Shown: positions 8,732-17,863 of the stretch, in pieces
How the letters are laid out: each line of letters begins with the position of its first letter
Numbering within the stretch: the first letter of the stretch is position 1
Assembly: GCA_043803745.1 (NCBI GenBank)
Contig: JAZDJS010000026.1
Coordinates: 5,025-69,024 of the forward strand
Direction: 5' to 3'
From: an archaeon
Lineage (GTDB): Archaea; SpSt-1190; DYHY01
DNA length: 64,000 bases
The notes under the pieces: generated by a model
The model's database searches: none
Told to the model about the DNA's origin: nothing
What the model saw: the letters and a program-made list of their open reading frames with translations, nothing else
Position numbers and translations under genes: made by a program

Positions 8732-10387
8732 ATGGGGAGGTGTTTCGTGTCAGAGCCTGAGATCGACCGGGCCCCCTCCGGGGAACTTCCCGAGGAACTC
8801 TCCGAGGCGCGCCCAGGGGAAACCTCCAAAAAGCCCCGAAGATGGAGAACCCTTTTCCACGGGGGCGTTGCCTTCCCTCCCAAGTACCGGTTTCGCGGCT
8901 TCTTGACCAAGCTCCGAGGCAAGCAGTTCACGCTCTCTCCAATCCAGGAGGAAATGCTCTGGGCAATCGCGAGGAAAACCGGGACGCCCTACCTTTCCGA
9001 CCCGGTGTTCGTCGAGAATTTCATTGGAGATTTCCGCAGGCAGCTTCCGAAGGAGTTCATTGACCTGACTTTCCAGGAAATCGACCTTTCCGAAATCAGG
9101 CGTGCCCAGGAAGAGGAGCGCGCCAAGCGAGAGGCAATGACACTGGATGAAAAGAAGCTCCTTGCCAAGAGAAGGAAGGCTGACCGCGAAAAGCTGAGGG
9201 CGGCGTTCGGATTCGCAGAGGTCGACGGGAAGACTGTCGAGCGCGCCGGCTATGTCGCCGAACCGGCCGGGCTTTTCATGGGCCGGGGCGCGCATCCGCA
9301 CAGGGGGAAATGGAAGGAGCAAGCCTCCGAAGAGGAAATGATACTGAATCTCGGGGAAAGCGCGCCAGTTCCCCCAGGAAAGTGGAAGGCGATTGTCCAC
9401 GACCACACATCAACCTGGCTCGCGTCCTGGACAGACCGGCTTTCCGGGAAGACGAAATATCTGTGGCTTTCCGATCTTTCCGAAATCCGCCAGGAGAACG
9501 ACATAAGGAAATATGACAAGGCTGAACTCCTTGCCGGCAAGATTTCCAAGGTCAGAAAGGAAATCACAAAAGGGCTTGCATCAAGAAACATCCAGACACA
9601 GAAACTTGCGCTTGTCGCATACCTGATTGACCGGCTTGCGATGCGTGTCGGGGATGAGAAGGACAAGGACGAGGCCGACACGGTCGGGGCAAGCACCCTC
9701 CGCGCCGAGCACGTCAAGACGGACGACAAGAAAATGCTGTTCGATTTCCTCGGCAAGGATTCTGTCAGGTGGCAGAAGGAAATAACCGCCGAGACTCCCG
9801 AGGATTCGGCCGCCCTCGGATATTTCAGGGAAACCCTTCCGAAGAAGAAGGTGGGCGAACTCCTTTTCGAGGGCGTGACTTCCTCAAAGGTTAATGAATT
9901 CCTTTCCTCATGCGCGTCCGGGCTTTCGGCGAAGGTTTTCAGGACGTTCCATGCAACCAGAACCGTCGAGTTATTTCTCCTAAAGGCTCCGGCGGAAAAG
10001 CAGGCCCCGGAATACGAAAAAGTTTACTGGGGAAAGCTCGCGAACCTCGAGGCTGCAAAGGTCTGCAACCACAAAAGGACCCCTCCGGCCGGCTGGGAGG
10101 AATCCCTCAGAAAAAAAGAGGAGAAGCTCAAGGAACTGGAGGCCTCCGGCAAAGAAGCGGAGAAGATAGGAAAATCCAAGAGGGAAATCGAGCTTGCAAT
10201 TTCCGTCCGCGACTATAACCTGAACACGTCCCTTCGGAACTACATCGACCCCAGGGTTTATGCTAAATGGGCAAGGAGAGTCGGGGTTGATGCGAGGAAG
10301 ATTTACCCGACATCCCTGCAGAAGAAGTTCTCCTGGCTGCCGGAAATCAAACCTGCCGAGAGGAAAACCGGGAAGAAATCAAATTAG
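8732..10387 (+). CDS. topIB: DNA topoisomerase IB (eukaryotic-type topoisomerase I)
   Basis: Core-domain conservation (KWKAIVHDHTSTWLASW, GDEKDKDEADTVG, TLRAEHV, FRTFHATR) and the active-site tyrosine motif LNTSLRNYIDPRVY (compare human SKLNYLDPR). The start is likely the internal MGRCFVSEP. Confidence 0.85.
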   Translation: MGRCFVSEPEIDRAPSGELPEELSEARPGETSKKPRRWRTLFHGGVAFPPKYRFRGFLTKLRGKQFTLSPIQEEMLWAIARKTGTPYLSDPVFVENFIGDFRRQLPKEFIDLTFQEIDLSEIRRAQEEERAKREAMTLDEKKLLAKRRKADREKLRAAFGFAEVDGKTVERAGYVAEPAGLFMGRGAHPHRGKWKEQASEEEMILNLGESAPVPPGKWKAIVHDHTSTWLASWTDRLSGKTKYLWLSDLSEIRQENDIRKYDKAELLAGKISKVRKEITKGLASRNIQTQKLALVAYLIDRLAMRVGDEKDKDEADTVGASTLRAEHVKTDDKKMLFDFLGKDSVRWQKEITAETPEDSAALGYFRETLPKKKVGELLFEGVTSSKVNEFLSSCASGLSAKVFRTFHATRTVELFLLKAPAEKQAPEYEKVYWGKLANLEAAKVCNHKRTPPAGWEESLRKKEEKLKELEASGKEAEKIGKSKREIELAISVRDYNLNTSLRNYIDPRVYAKWARRVGVDARKIYPTSLQKKFSWLPEIKPAERKTGKKSN

Positions 10388-11095
10388 CGAGAATCCGCTG
10401 CCCGCGTAGACTTTCAGGAGCCTTCCAGACTGTCCCCGCGAGAAAACCCAAGCTCCCCGGCCCCTTTTCGCCGAAAGGACCGAGAAGTTCCTCCCGTCGA
10501 CAGTTTCCAGGGCGGCGCAGTCTTCAATTCCGACGACAAATTCGGCTTTCCTGACAAGCTTGCCCGCCGCCCGCTCCCTCCAGGCCCGCTCCCGGAAATG
10601 GTGCGGGCTTATGCCGAAAGGAAGGAAGCCGAGGCCTTTCACGCGCATCGCCTTCTGGGACGGTTTTGTCCAGAACCTCCTGGAATCGCTCGTTCCGAAG
10701 CGGGCCCAGCAGAGCGCCCCTGCCGAAATCCCGGAAAGAACCGTTCCGCGCCCTCCTGCAGTCCGCAGGAGTTCCCCGACCCCGAATCTTTTCCAGAGCC
10801 GCAGCATCCGCAAGGTGTTCCCCCCGCCGACGTAAATTATGTCGGAGGAAAGAATCTTCCTCTTGATTTTCGCGCGGTCCCGGTCATCCGAACAAAGGCG
10901 CAGGTGCGCAACCATGCAGCCGAGCTTTGAGAAGCGGGCTTCCACCGCGTTGCAGTAGCCGGGAGAATCCCCGCTGGCAGTTGGTATGAACAAGAGCCGA
11001 GGCGCCCTCTTTCCAGAAAGACGAACGATTTCCCTTTCAATCCGCCCGGTTTCTCCGAGGGAAATCTCCCCGCCGCCAATCGCCACAATCTTCAT
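10379..11095 (-). CDS. S51 peptidase (peptidase E / cyanophycinase-like)
   Basis: MKIVAIGGGE...LLFIPTASGD...IIYVGGGNTLRMLRLW...GTVLSGISAGALCW matches the peptidase E family layout, with the nucleophile Ser in GISAG. Confidence 0.7.
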   Translation of the reverse strand: MKIVAIGGGEISLGETGRIEREIVRLSGKRAPRLLFIPTASGDSPGYCNAVEARFSKLGCMVAHLRLCSDDRDRAKIKRKILSSDIIYVGGGNTLRMLRLWKRFGVGELLRTAGGRGTVLSGISAGALCWARFGTSDSRRFWTKPSQKAMRVKGLGFLPFGISPHHFRERAWRERAAGKLVRKAEFVVGIEDCAALETVDGRNFSVLSAKRGRGAWVFSRGQSGRLLKVYAGSGFSLI

Positions 11096-11289
11096 TTCGA
11101 GCGCAAAAAGCCAAGCACGAGAAGCCCGATTCCGACCGCGCTTACGGCAAGCTTCGTAAGAAAATCAGTCCCAAGCCCGCCAATCCAGGGAAGGAGTATC
11201 AAGCCCCCGCCGATTGCCATCGCAAGGACCGGGAAGGAGAACGGGCCCGATTTTCTCAGCTGCGCCTGCCGGGTTTGCTCTTCAGCCAT
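11092..11289 (-). CDS. small two-TM membrane protein (hypothetical)
   Basis: A 65-aa ORF starting at MAEEQ with two hydrophobic helices, immediately downstream of PCNA on the same strand. Confidence 0.3.
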   Translation of the reverse strand: MAEEQTRQAQLRKSGPFSFPVLAMAIGGGLILLPWIGGLGTDFLTKLAVSAVGIGLLVLGFLRSK

Positions 11290-11311
11290 TTTCTTTCGTT
11301 TTCCCCCCCTC

Positions 11312-12103
11312 TTACTCGCTTTCAATCCTCGGCGCAAGGACATACTTGAGCTGGAGCTTGTCAGTCACCGAATACTCGACCTGTATCGGGAAATCCGACT
11401 TGAACTGGATTTTCGCGGTTTCGGAAAGCTTCCCGCCCTTGACAATCTTCTTCAGATAATCCACCGCATAGCGCGCCTTTGCCGGAGCAGTCACCTGCAG
11501 CTCGACAAGCGCAGTGTCCACCCCCTTCTCAAGCTCCGTTATTGCCTTGCCGGTTTCCCCGGAAGCTTCGATAGAGAACTTGCCCGAGTCCGCGAGGAAG
11601 ATGACCGAATCTGAAAAGACCTCCGCGTCGGAAATCGCCTGGGAAAGCGCGGTGCTTTTCACGACAACGGTTGCCTCGAAGTTTATTGTCGGGGGCTTCC
11701 GTCCCTCGGAAGGGTTGTCGAGGAGGGGGATGTTGAACCTCCTTGTGCTCAGCGCGCTCTTGAAAACAAAGGAAAGGTTCGAGGCTTCGTCCCCGCCGAA
11801 GCGGATTGTGACCGCATCGCCCGAGTCCGCCTGCTTGACCACCTGCATCAGGCGTTCCATGTCAACGCCTATTGTCCTCTCTTCAGAGAGCTTGTAATCC
11901 TCGAAAGCAGTCACGAGCAGGCGAAAGGTCACCATTGAGACGTTCGCAGCATCCATTGCTGAAAGGAAAAGCCCGTCCTTCGTCAGCTTGAATGAGACAT
12001 CCTCCTTCACAATCTCATATACGGCAGAAATAGCATCCTTGAGTATGCCCGCCCCGGCAAGCTTTGCTTCGAAAGAGGCTTTAATAGTTCCCTCACTAGC
12101 CAT
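11312..12103 (-). CDS. pcn: DNA polymerase sliding clamp PCNA
   Basis: Length (~263 aa), two-domain pattern, an acidic C-terminus and conserved blocks (FEAKLAGAGILKDAISAVYEIV, SLSAMD..NVSMV) typical of archaeal PCNA. Start taken at MASEG. Confidence 0.85.
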   Translation of the reverse strand: MASEGTIKASFEAKLAGAGILKDAISAVYEIVKEDVSFKLTKDGLFLSAMDAANVSMVTFRLLVTAFEDYKLSEERTIGVDMERLMQVVKQADSGDAVTIRFGGDEASNLSFVFKSALSTRRFNIPLLDNPSEGRKPPTINFEATVVVKSTALSQAISDAEVFSDSVIFLADSGKFSIEASGETGKAITELEKGVDTALVELQVTAPAKARYAVDYLKKIVKGGKLSETAKIQFKSDFPIQVEYSVTDKLQLKYVLAPRIESE

Positions 12104-12509
12104 GTTTCGCAAGGATTCCCTCCGCCCTTTTTATTAGTTCACCGGAAAGCCCGCGTTCCGCCGCAGACTTCAAGATTATCTCCCCGTTTATGTCGAACTT
12201 CGACGGTCCTTGGGGGACCACAAGGCCCGACACAAGAACCTGTTCGCCCTCCCGGTAATTCTTCTCGATTTCGTCCACAACGTCGAGATTGTCGAAGAAA
12301 ACCTCCGCCCTGCCGGTTCCGTCGGAAAGCGTGAGGGCGCCGTTTAGCCCCTTTTTCTCTATCTTCCCGGAAAGCCTCACACGCCGGTCGGCTCCGGAAA
12401 TCTCGGAAATCTTCCTGGGAATTGCAGGATTCCTTCGTTTCAGAAGACCTTCTCCTCCCTCGGTCTGGCCCCCTTCAACGGGGGGCGCACTTCCAAAAGC
12501 ATCGGCCAC
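12096..12509 (-). CDS. OB-fold nucleic-acid-binding protein (RPA-like)
   Basis: An OB-fold-like core (RVRLSGKIEKKGLNGALTLSDGTGRAEVFF...GEQVLVSGLV) preceded by a Gly/Glu-rich N-terminus. Adjacent to PCNA. Confidence 0.4.
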   Translation of the reverse strand: MADAFGSAPPVEGGQTEGGEGLLKRRNPAIPRKISEISGADRRVRLSGKIEKKGLNGALTLSDGTGRAEVFFDNLDVVDEIEKNYREGEQVLVSGLVVPQGPSKFDINGEIILKSAAERGLSGELIKRAEGILAKHG

Positions 12510-12526
12510 GGGGCGAGAACCCCGGT

Positions 12527-12540
12527 AAAGTTTAAAACAA
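12527..12540 (+). promoter_or_regulatory. TATA-like box (AAGTTTAAAACAA) ~25 nt upstream of pepA start
   Basis: An A/T-rich box in an otherwise GC-rich intergenic region at the archaeal promoter distance. Confidence 0.35.
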
Positions 12541-12560
12541 TTGCCCTCCCACCAACCCCC

Positions 12561-13979
12561 ATGACGCAGGAAAATATCGAACTCGTTTTTTCCCAGGGAA
12601 CTTCGGCAAAGAAGAAGGGCAAGGCTTCCGCAAGGCTCGTTTTTCTTTCCGAGGACAAGGCTTTCGGGAAGCTTCTGAAGGTGGCGCCTTCCCCCGAAGG
12701 CGTCATAATCGGGCTTGGCGACGAGAAAACAGCGGATGCGGAAACGATAAGGCGCGCCGCCGGAAGCGCGGTCCAGTACATACTGAAAACCCTTGGAGCG
12801 GGCTCGCTTTCCCTTTCCCCGAAATCCTCGAAGAAGCTTCTTTCGAACAGGAAGTTCTTGGCAGCATTCACGGAGGGCGCAATTCTCTCAGCATATTCGT
12901 TTGACAAGTACAAGACGCCCTCGGAGGAGCAACAGCAGGCGGCAAAGCTGACCGGGTTGCATTTGCCCGTTCCAGCCTCAAGGGAAATCCTGGAGGCAAA
13001 GTCGGTCGCCGAATGCGCCAATTGGGCGAGGGAAATACAGAACGAGCCGGCGAACGTTGCCACACCCACGATGCTTTCCCTCCTCGCGGCAAAGGAGGCG
13101 AAAATATTCGGGATGAGCTGCAAGATATTCGGCAGGGCTGAACTCGAGAAGATGGGGATGAACGCAATACTTGCGGTTGGTCGCGGAAGCGCCGAGGAGC
13201 CCAAGCTGATCGTCCTCGAATACCTGCCGAAGAGCGGGGTTGCGAAGAAAAAAATAGCCCTCGTCGGCAAAGGAGTCTGCTTCGATTCCGGCGGGATTTC
13301 GATCAAGCCCTCCCGGGCAATGGATGAGATGAAGTTCGACAAGAGCGGCGCAGTTGCCGCAATCGCAACGATGCGGCTTGCCTCGATACTCAAGCTCCCG
13401 CTTCACCTTGTCGCGCTCGTTCCCGCCGTAGAGAATCTGCCTTCCGGAACGGCAGGAAAGCCCGGGGACATCGTGCGCGCCCACAACGGGAAGACGATTG
13501 AGATACTTGACACCGATGCCGAGGGACGGCTCATACTTGCCGACGCCCTTTCCTTCGCATGCAAGGAGCACAAACCGGACGTCCTGATAGACCTCGCAAC
13601 CCTGACCGGCGCCTGCGTTGTCGCGCTCGGGGACGTTGCGGCAGGGCTTTTCTCAAACGACCCGTCCCTCGCAAAGGAGCTTTTCGAGGCGGGAATGGAA
13701 TCAGGGGAGCGGCTCTGGGAGCTGCCGATGATGTGGAAGGATTATGACGAGAAGGTGAAAAGCGACGTTGCCGACGTCAAGAACCTCGGGGAATCCGGGC
13801 AGGCGGGCGCAACGGCTGGCGCAAGCTTCCTCAAGGAGTTCGTTTCGTCCGGAACGAAGTGGGCGCACCTCGACATTGCCGGGACTGCCTGGACAACGAA
13901 ACCCAGGCACCAGTTCTCCTTCAAGGGCGGAACCGGGTTCGGCGTCAGGCTCTTGGCGAGATACCTTTCCAAGCAGTGA
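12561..13979 (+). CDS. pepA: leucyl aminopeptidase (M17 family)
   Basis: M17 catalytic-domain signatures: VGKGVCFDSGGISIKPS, NTDAEGRLILADAL, NEPANVATP. Confidence 0.85.
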   Translation: MTQENIELVFSQGTSAKKKGKASARLVFLSEDKAFGKLLKVAPSPEGVIIGLGDEKTADAETIRRAAGSAVQYILKTLGAGSLSLSPKSSKKLLSNRKFLAAFTEGAILSAYSFDKYKTPSEEQQQAAKLTGLHLPVPASREILEAKSVAECANWAREIQNEPANVATPTMLSLLAAKEAKIFGMSCKIFGRAELEKMGMNAILAVGRGSAEEPKLIVLEYLPKSGVAKKKIALVGKGVCFDSGGISIKPSRAMDEMKFDKSGAVAAIATMRLASILKLPLHLVALVPAVENLPSGTAGKPGDIVRAHNGKTIEILDTDAEGRLILADALSFACKEHKPDVLIDLATLTGACVVALGDVAAGLFSNDPSLAKELFEAGMESGERLWELPMMWKDYDEKVKSDVADVKNLGESGQAGATAGASFLKEFVSSGTKWAHLDIAGTAWTTKPRHQFSFKGGTGFGVRLLARYLSKQ

Positions 13980-13981
13980 GT

Positions 13982-14389
13982 TTAGACAGCTAGCAAAACT
14001 GCTGCGGCAATCCCAAGAGCAATGCCTGCAATTTTCGTCAATGTTAGCTTCTCAGAAAGAAGGATTACCGCCAAGAAAACAGCTACAAGCGCGCTCAGTG
14101 CATTAAGGGTTGCAACAACACTTGTGCTTCCCCGTTTCAGAGCAACGACGAAAAGAAGAAGAGCCAGAAAATACACCGCTCCCGAAAGCACGCCAGACGC
14201 AACACCCAAACTACTAAGAATTTTCTCCTTTACGAAAAAAATCCAGTAAAGGAGTGTCAAAAAAGCCGCGGTTGCAAGGGAGATTAATGTCAAGCTAGTG
14301 GAGTCAATGTTCTTGGCGCTTTTGAGGATAATTGCATTCGCTCCGAAGAAAACTGTGCTTGCCAGCGCAATCAGAATGTACGATTCCAT
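13982..14389 (-). CDS. EamA/DMT-superfamily small membrane transporter (single 4-TM domain)
   Basis: A 135-aa protein made of four hydrophobic helices with an EamA-like GANAIILKSA...ATLNALSALVAVFLAV pattern. Confidence 0.5.
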   Translation of the reverse strand: MESYILIALASTVFFGANAIILKSAKNIDSTSLTLISLATAAFLTLLYWIFFVKEKILSSLGVASGVLSGAVYFLALLLFVVALKRGSTSVVATLNALSALVAVFLAVILLSEKLTLTKIAGIALGIAAAVLLAV

Positions 14390-14696
14390 GGATTTCCTGA
14401 GATTTGTTTTGTTAAATAGGTTGTTTATTTTCCGAGAGAAAAAGTCCGTCCTCAGGACGAATATAGGAGGGGTCAGGAACGGCTGGTAACTGGAGAGCGG
14501 TTCAGGTATACTCGAAACTTTACGAAAGTTTCATCAAAAAGCGGGTTTGCGCAATCCTCAAACCCGCCCGGAATTTTCTTTTACGCCCGTGTCCGTGCTT
14601 TTGCACCGATGGTCTGAGGACCAAACGGATTTGCCCCACAGGGCATTCAGCCCTTAGGCAGGATTTTCTTTTTCGAAAAGAAAAAATGGGTTCGGT

Positions 14697-15032
14697 TCAG
14701 GCGTACTCTTTCCAGGTGTAATTGCACTTGACGCATTTGTAAAAACGGGTCGCGGGCTCGTCAACGCCCCGGGTCTGCACCATCCACCATATTGCCCCGA
14801 TGTTCTTGCAGCGCGGGCATTCGACGGCGATCTTTGAAACGTTCTTCAGGTGCTTTTCGTTGTCAATCACGGGAATCGCGCTTCCGGTGTTTACGATGTT
14901 CTTCGTCATCGTGAAGCCCTCTTTGGAAGTGTCCTTTGCGCCGCACTTCCTGCAGACAATCTTCACCTTTCCGTCCTTCCCCTCTTCCGAGGCAGGAATC
15001 ATGAGGCCGCCGCACTTCTTGCAGAATTTCAT
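14697..15032 (-). CDS. tfs: transcription factor S / RNA polymerase subunit M
   Basis: An N-terminal zinc ribbon (MKFCKKCGGLM...CRKCG) and a C-terminal TFIIS-type ribbon (CPRCKN...RGVDEPATRFYKCVKCNYTW). Start taken at the internal Met. Confidence 0.8.
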   Translation of the reverse strand: MKFCKKCGGLMIPASEEGKDGKVKIVCRKCGAKDTSKEGFTMTKNIVNTGSAIPVIDNEKHLKNVSKIAVECPRCKNIGAIWWMVQTRGVDEPATRFYKCVKCNYTWKEYA

Positions 15033-15067
15033 CCACCCTTCCGGAAAATCCCGGTTTAAAAAAGCTG

Positions 15068-15709
15068 CTACTGCCTGCCAGGGTCGAAAAGAGGCCTGCA
15101 AAGGGAGGTGGATATGCAGAGCTCCGTCGGCACGACCTTGATGTATCCGAGAAAAGGGATTACGAAAATCGCCTTGCCTTTCACCTCTCCGTGGGGAATC
15201 AGCCACCTGTCCTCTGAGGGATTGTGGTCGCCCTTCGTCCGGTAGTAGACTTTCCCGAGGGAATCCTCGGAGGTTCCGATTACCCTGTGTATTATCGGAT
15301 AGGAGGCGTTCGGAACGTTGAAGACAATTACATCCCCGATTTTGTATTTCTTTTCCCGCCCTTTCACGACAATTACATCCCCTTTTCTGAAACCGCCGGA
15401 AATCGGGAAACCGTCAATCTGCTCCCGGGAGAAGCCCTGTGCCTGCAGGTAGCCGTAGTGCGTCTGGGGGACGTCCGAACCGTGCGTCATGCTGCCGCTC
15501 ATTATCGCGACAAGGGGAACCGTGTTTCCAAGCGCAAAGTTCAGGATGTTTCCGACAATGAACGAGAGAATCACCGCAAAGCCAATCCAGACAATCCAGT
15601 CCCGGAGTTCGGCGAGTAGGGGCCCGAGGTCAACGAAGCCTTCCTTTCGCCCCTTTGGAGGTTTTTCCTCCCGGGGATCCCTTTTCGGCATTTTCAAAGG
15701 CATTTGCAT
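15068..15709 (-). CDS. signal peptidase I (S26/Sec11-type)
   Basis: A TM anchor followed by the catalytic Ser motif (IMSGSMTHGS), GDVIVV..., and the YRTKGDHN box typical of archaeal/eukaryotic S26B. Start placed at MQMPLK. Confidence 0.7.
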   Translation of the reverse strand: MQMPLKMPKRDPREEKPPKGRKEGFVDLGPLLAELRDWIVWIGFAVILSFIVGNILNFALGNTVPLVAIMSGSMTHGSDVPQTHYGYLQAQGFSREQIDGFPISGGFRKGDVIVVKGREKKYKIGDVIVFNVPNASYPIIHRVIGTSEDSLGKVYYRTKGDHNPSEDRWLIPHGEVKGKAIFVIPFLGYIKVVPTELCISTSLCRPLFDPGRQ

Positions 15710-15951
15710 TTCCGGGTTTAAAAAACAACAGTCCCGCGCCGGAAAGAATTCCGAATGAAACGAGCTTGAACGGGTCGGGAACGAACGCAGAGAGCGCAAG
15801 AGCAACGCCAAGCGGACAGAGATAGCGGACCTTCGCGAGGAATCCGGTTGCAGCAAGGGAAATCCCAGCAAGAACCAGCGCAGCCGTGAAGACAGGAAAA
15901 GCCCCGAGGACGACCATTTTTTATTTAAAGCTAGTCCGGATTAAAAGTCTG

Positions 15952-16404
15952 ATGGCTGAGACAACTGACGTTATGAAGGGCTCCGCTCCCGCAGACGGGA
16001 ACTACTGGACTTATTGGGTTCACAAGGTTCAGGAGCTTTGGAAGAGGGTCGAGGCCCTGGAGGAGAAGGTCGACGCGCTCGAGGTCCTCAGCGAGGACAC
16101 TGACGGGGAGGATAGCGAAAGCGCCCCGGCGCCAAAAGGGGTTCCGGAGGTCAGAACTGTTCCCGTCGAAGGCCTTGCCCTTTCCGAGAAGGAGCTCACG
16201 GTCTGCATGGCACTGAAGGAGCTTGCAAAACCGGCAACGCTTGAGGAGGTAAACGGGCACCTGAAGAACACGAGGATGATTTCCGAAGGCCTGCGGGACA
16301 CCCTGGTGTTGCGGCTGAAAGGCGCAGTCGAAAAGGGGTATATAGGCTATGATGAGAGCGGAAAAACCTTCATCCTTGCGAAGAAGACCTTCCTTGTAGA
16401 GTGA
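15952..16404 (+). CDS. hypothetical protein with coiled coil and C-terminal winged-helix-like domain
   Basis: A heptad-like segment (VQELWKRVEALEEKVDALEVL), an acidic linker and a C-terminal wH-like block (LTVCMALKELAKPATLEEVNGHL). Confidence 0.4.
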   Translation: MAETTDVMKGSAPADGNYWTYWVHKVQELWKRVEALEEKVDALEVLSEDTDGEDSESAPAPKGVPEVRTVPVEGLALSEKELTVCMALKELAKPATLEEVNGHLKNTRMISEGLRDTLVLRLKGAVEKGYIGYDESGKTFILAKKTFLVE

Positions 16405-16419
16405 GATGGATCCCAAGAT

Positions 16420-17013
16420 ATGGCTGAATTCGAGAAAATAACAATACAACCATTCGACCTTCCGGAAGAGCCGGAGCCGAAGGAAAAGTTCGGAAGGCTG
16501 CGCGGGGACAAGGCAATCCTCCCTGAAGGGGGGGAATTTTTCGAGCGGGGCGGATTCGGGGAGCTAGTCTCGGATGGCCTCGAGCTTTCAGCGGAGGAAA
16601 CGCTCTACCTTTTCCAGAAGGGGAAAATCTCCATCGTTTCCAAGGAGGACCGGAAAATCCCGGACTTTGACGCCCTCCTTTCGGAACTGCGGAAATTCCT
16701 TCCGGAAATCTACATAAGATACCAGCTTTACCGCGATTTGCGCGAGAGGGGATATGTCGTCAGGAGCGGTCTCAAATACGGGACGCATTTCCGGGTCTAT
16801 GACCGGGGGGTGAAGCCCTCCCGGGGCGAACGCGAATCCTGGGAACACGCCAAATACCTTGCCCACGCAATCCCGGAAGCGGCGGTCTATTCAATCTCCG
16901 AGCTTTCCCGTTTCGTCCGCCTTTCCCATTCAGTCAGAAAGACGCTCTGGCTGGGCGTTGTCGATGGAGAAGGGGACGTCACCTATTTCCAGATAACCCG
17001 GGCGACGCCTTGA
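16420..17013 (+). CDS. endA: tRNA-splicing endonuclease catalytic subunit
   Basis: EndA catalytic domain with YGTHFRVYDRG plus conserved His and Lys residues, at a typical length of ~190 aa. Confidence 0.75.
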   Translation: MAEFEKITIQPFDLPEEPEPKEKFGRLRGDKAILPEGGEFFERGGFGELVSDGLELSAEETLYLFQKGKISIVSKEDRKIPDFDALLSELRKFLPEIYIRYQLYRDLRERGYVVRSGLKYGTHFRVYDRGVKPSRGERESWEHAKYLAHAIPEAAVYSISELSRFVRLSHSVRKTLWLGVVDGEGDVTYFQITRATP

Positions 17014-17803
17014 ACGATGCTCTAGGAGACTTTAGACGTATGGATTTTTTGACAAATTTTGAAAGGACATATGAGCTTATGTCTGACGTTCCCCAGTTCA
17101 AGGAAACTTGGCGAGTGTCAGATTACCTCGATTTTTATTCCAAAGCAAAAAAGCGCGCCAGAATCAACAAAAAATATTTGGAAATACTTGACATAGGCGG
17201 CGCAGAGGGGAACCTCGCAATTGAGCTTGCGCAACAAGGACATTCAGTTACCTGCCTGGAAATATCCAGGAAAAACCTGCTGAAGACAAATGAACTTGCC
17301 AAGGAAAACTCAGTTTCAGTCAAATGCATTGCTGGAGACATTGAACAACGCCCCCCCCTGGGAAATTTGACTGCATCTTTTTGATGGAAGTAATAGAGCA
17401 CCTCAGGAATCCGTCGGGCGCGTTAATTAACATACGACGAGCTCTTAAGAAAGGCGGGCTCCTGATACTTTCCACTCCCAATGCCCACGGACTTTCCCGC
17501 GTCAGGGACAATTCGCAGGACACGCCGTTTTCCGAACGGAACACCGGGGCACTCCACCTATCCATATACGACTATTCTCAACTGAAGCTCCTCTTCGCCT
17601 TCTCAGGTTTCAGGCCGCTTATCCGGGCAGGGATTGGCCTTTACATTCCGTTCATAGGGCGTTTCCGCTGGGGAAGATGGATAATTTCTCAAACAGGGAA
17701 GCTCGTGCCCTTTTTTGCGGAGAACCTTTTTGTTGCAGCCGAGGCAGCAGAACCAATAGACATCTTCGAGCTCCACAAGAATTGGACTCGAAAGAACGCA
17801 TGA
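17010..17803 (+). pseudogene. class I SAM-dependent methyltransferase interrupted by a frameshift in a C8 homopolymer (17351-17358)
   Basis: ORF 17010-17384 carries motif I (ILDIGGAEGNLAIELA). The frame starting at 17357 reads PGKFDCIFLMEVIEHL, the post-I/II motifs of the same fold. The two frames join if the C-run is 9 or 6 long. Confidence 0.55.
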
Positions 17804-17863
17804 TGAGGATTCCCGCAGGTAGAAAGCCCGACAGCGCAGTTTTTCTCCGGAAAAACACAAAAC

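Noticed and set aside
12440-13393. 317-aa minus-strand ORF
   Set aside because: It is antisense to the M17 leucyl aminopeptidase, which has clear catalytic motifs. It is a shadow ORF.
14390-14696. tRNA gene in the long spacer
   Set aside because: No T-loop (GTTCRANYC) or cloverleaf arrangement could be found by eye on either strand. No other intergenic region showed tRNA-like structure either.
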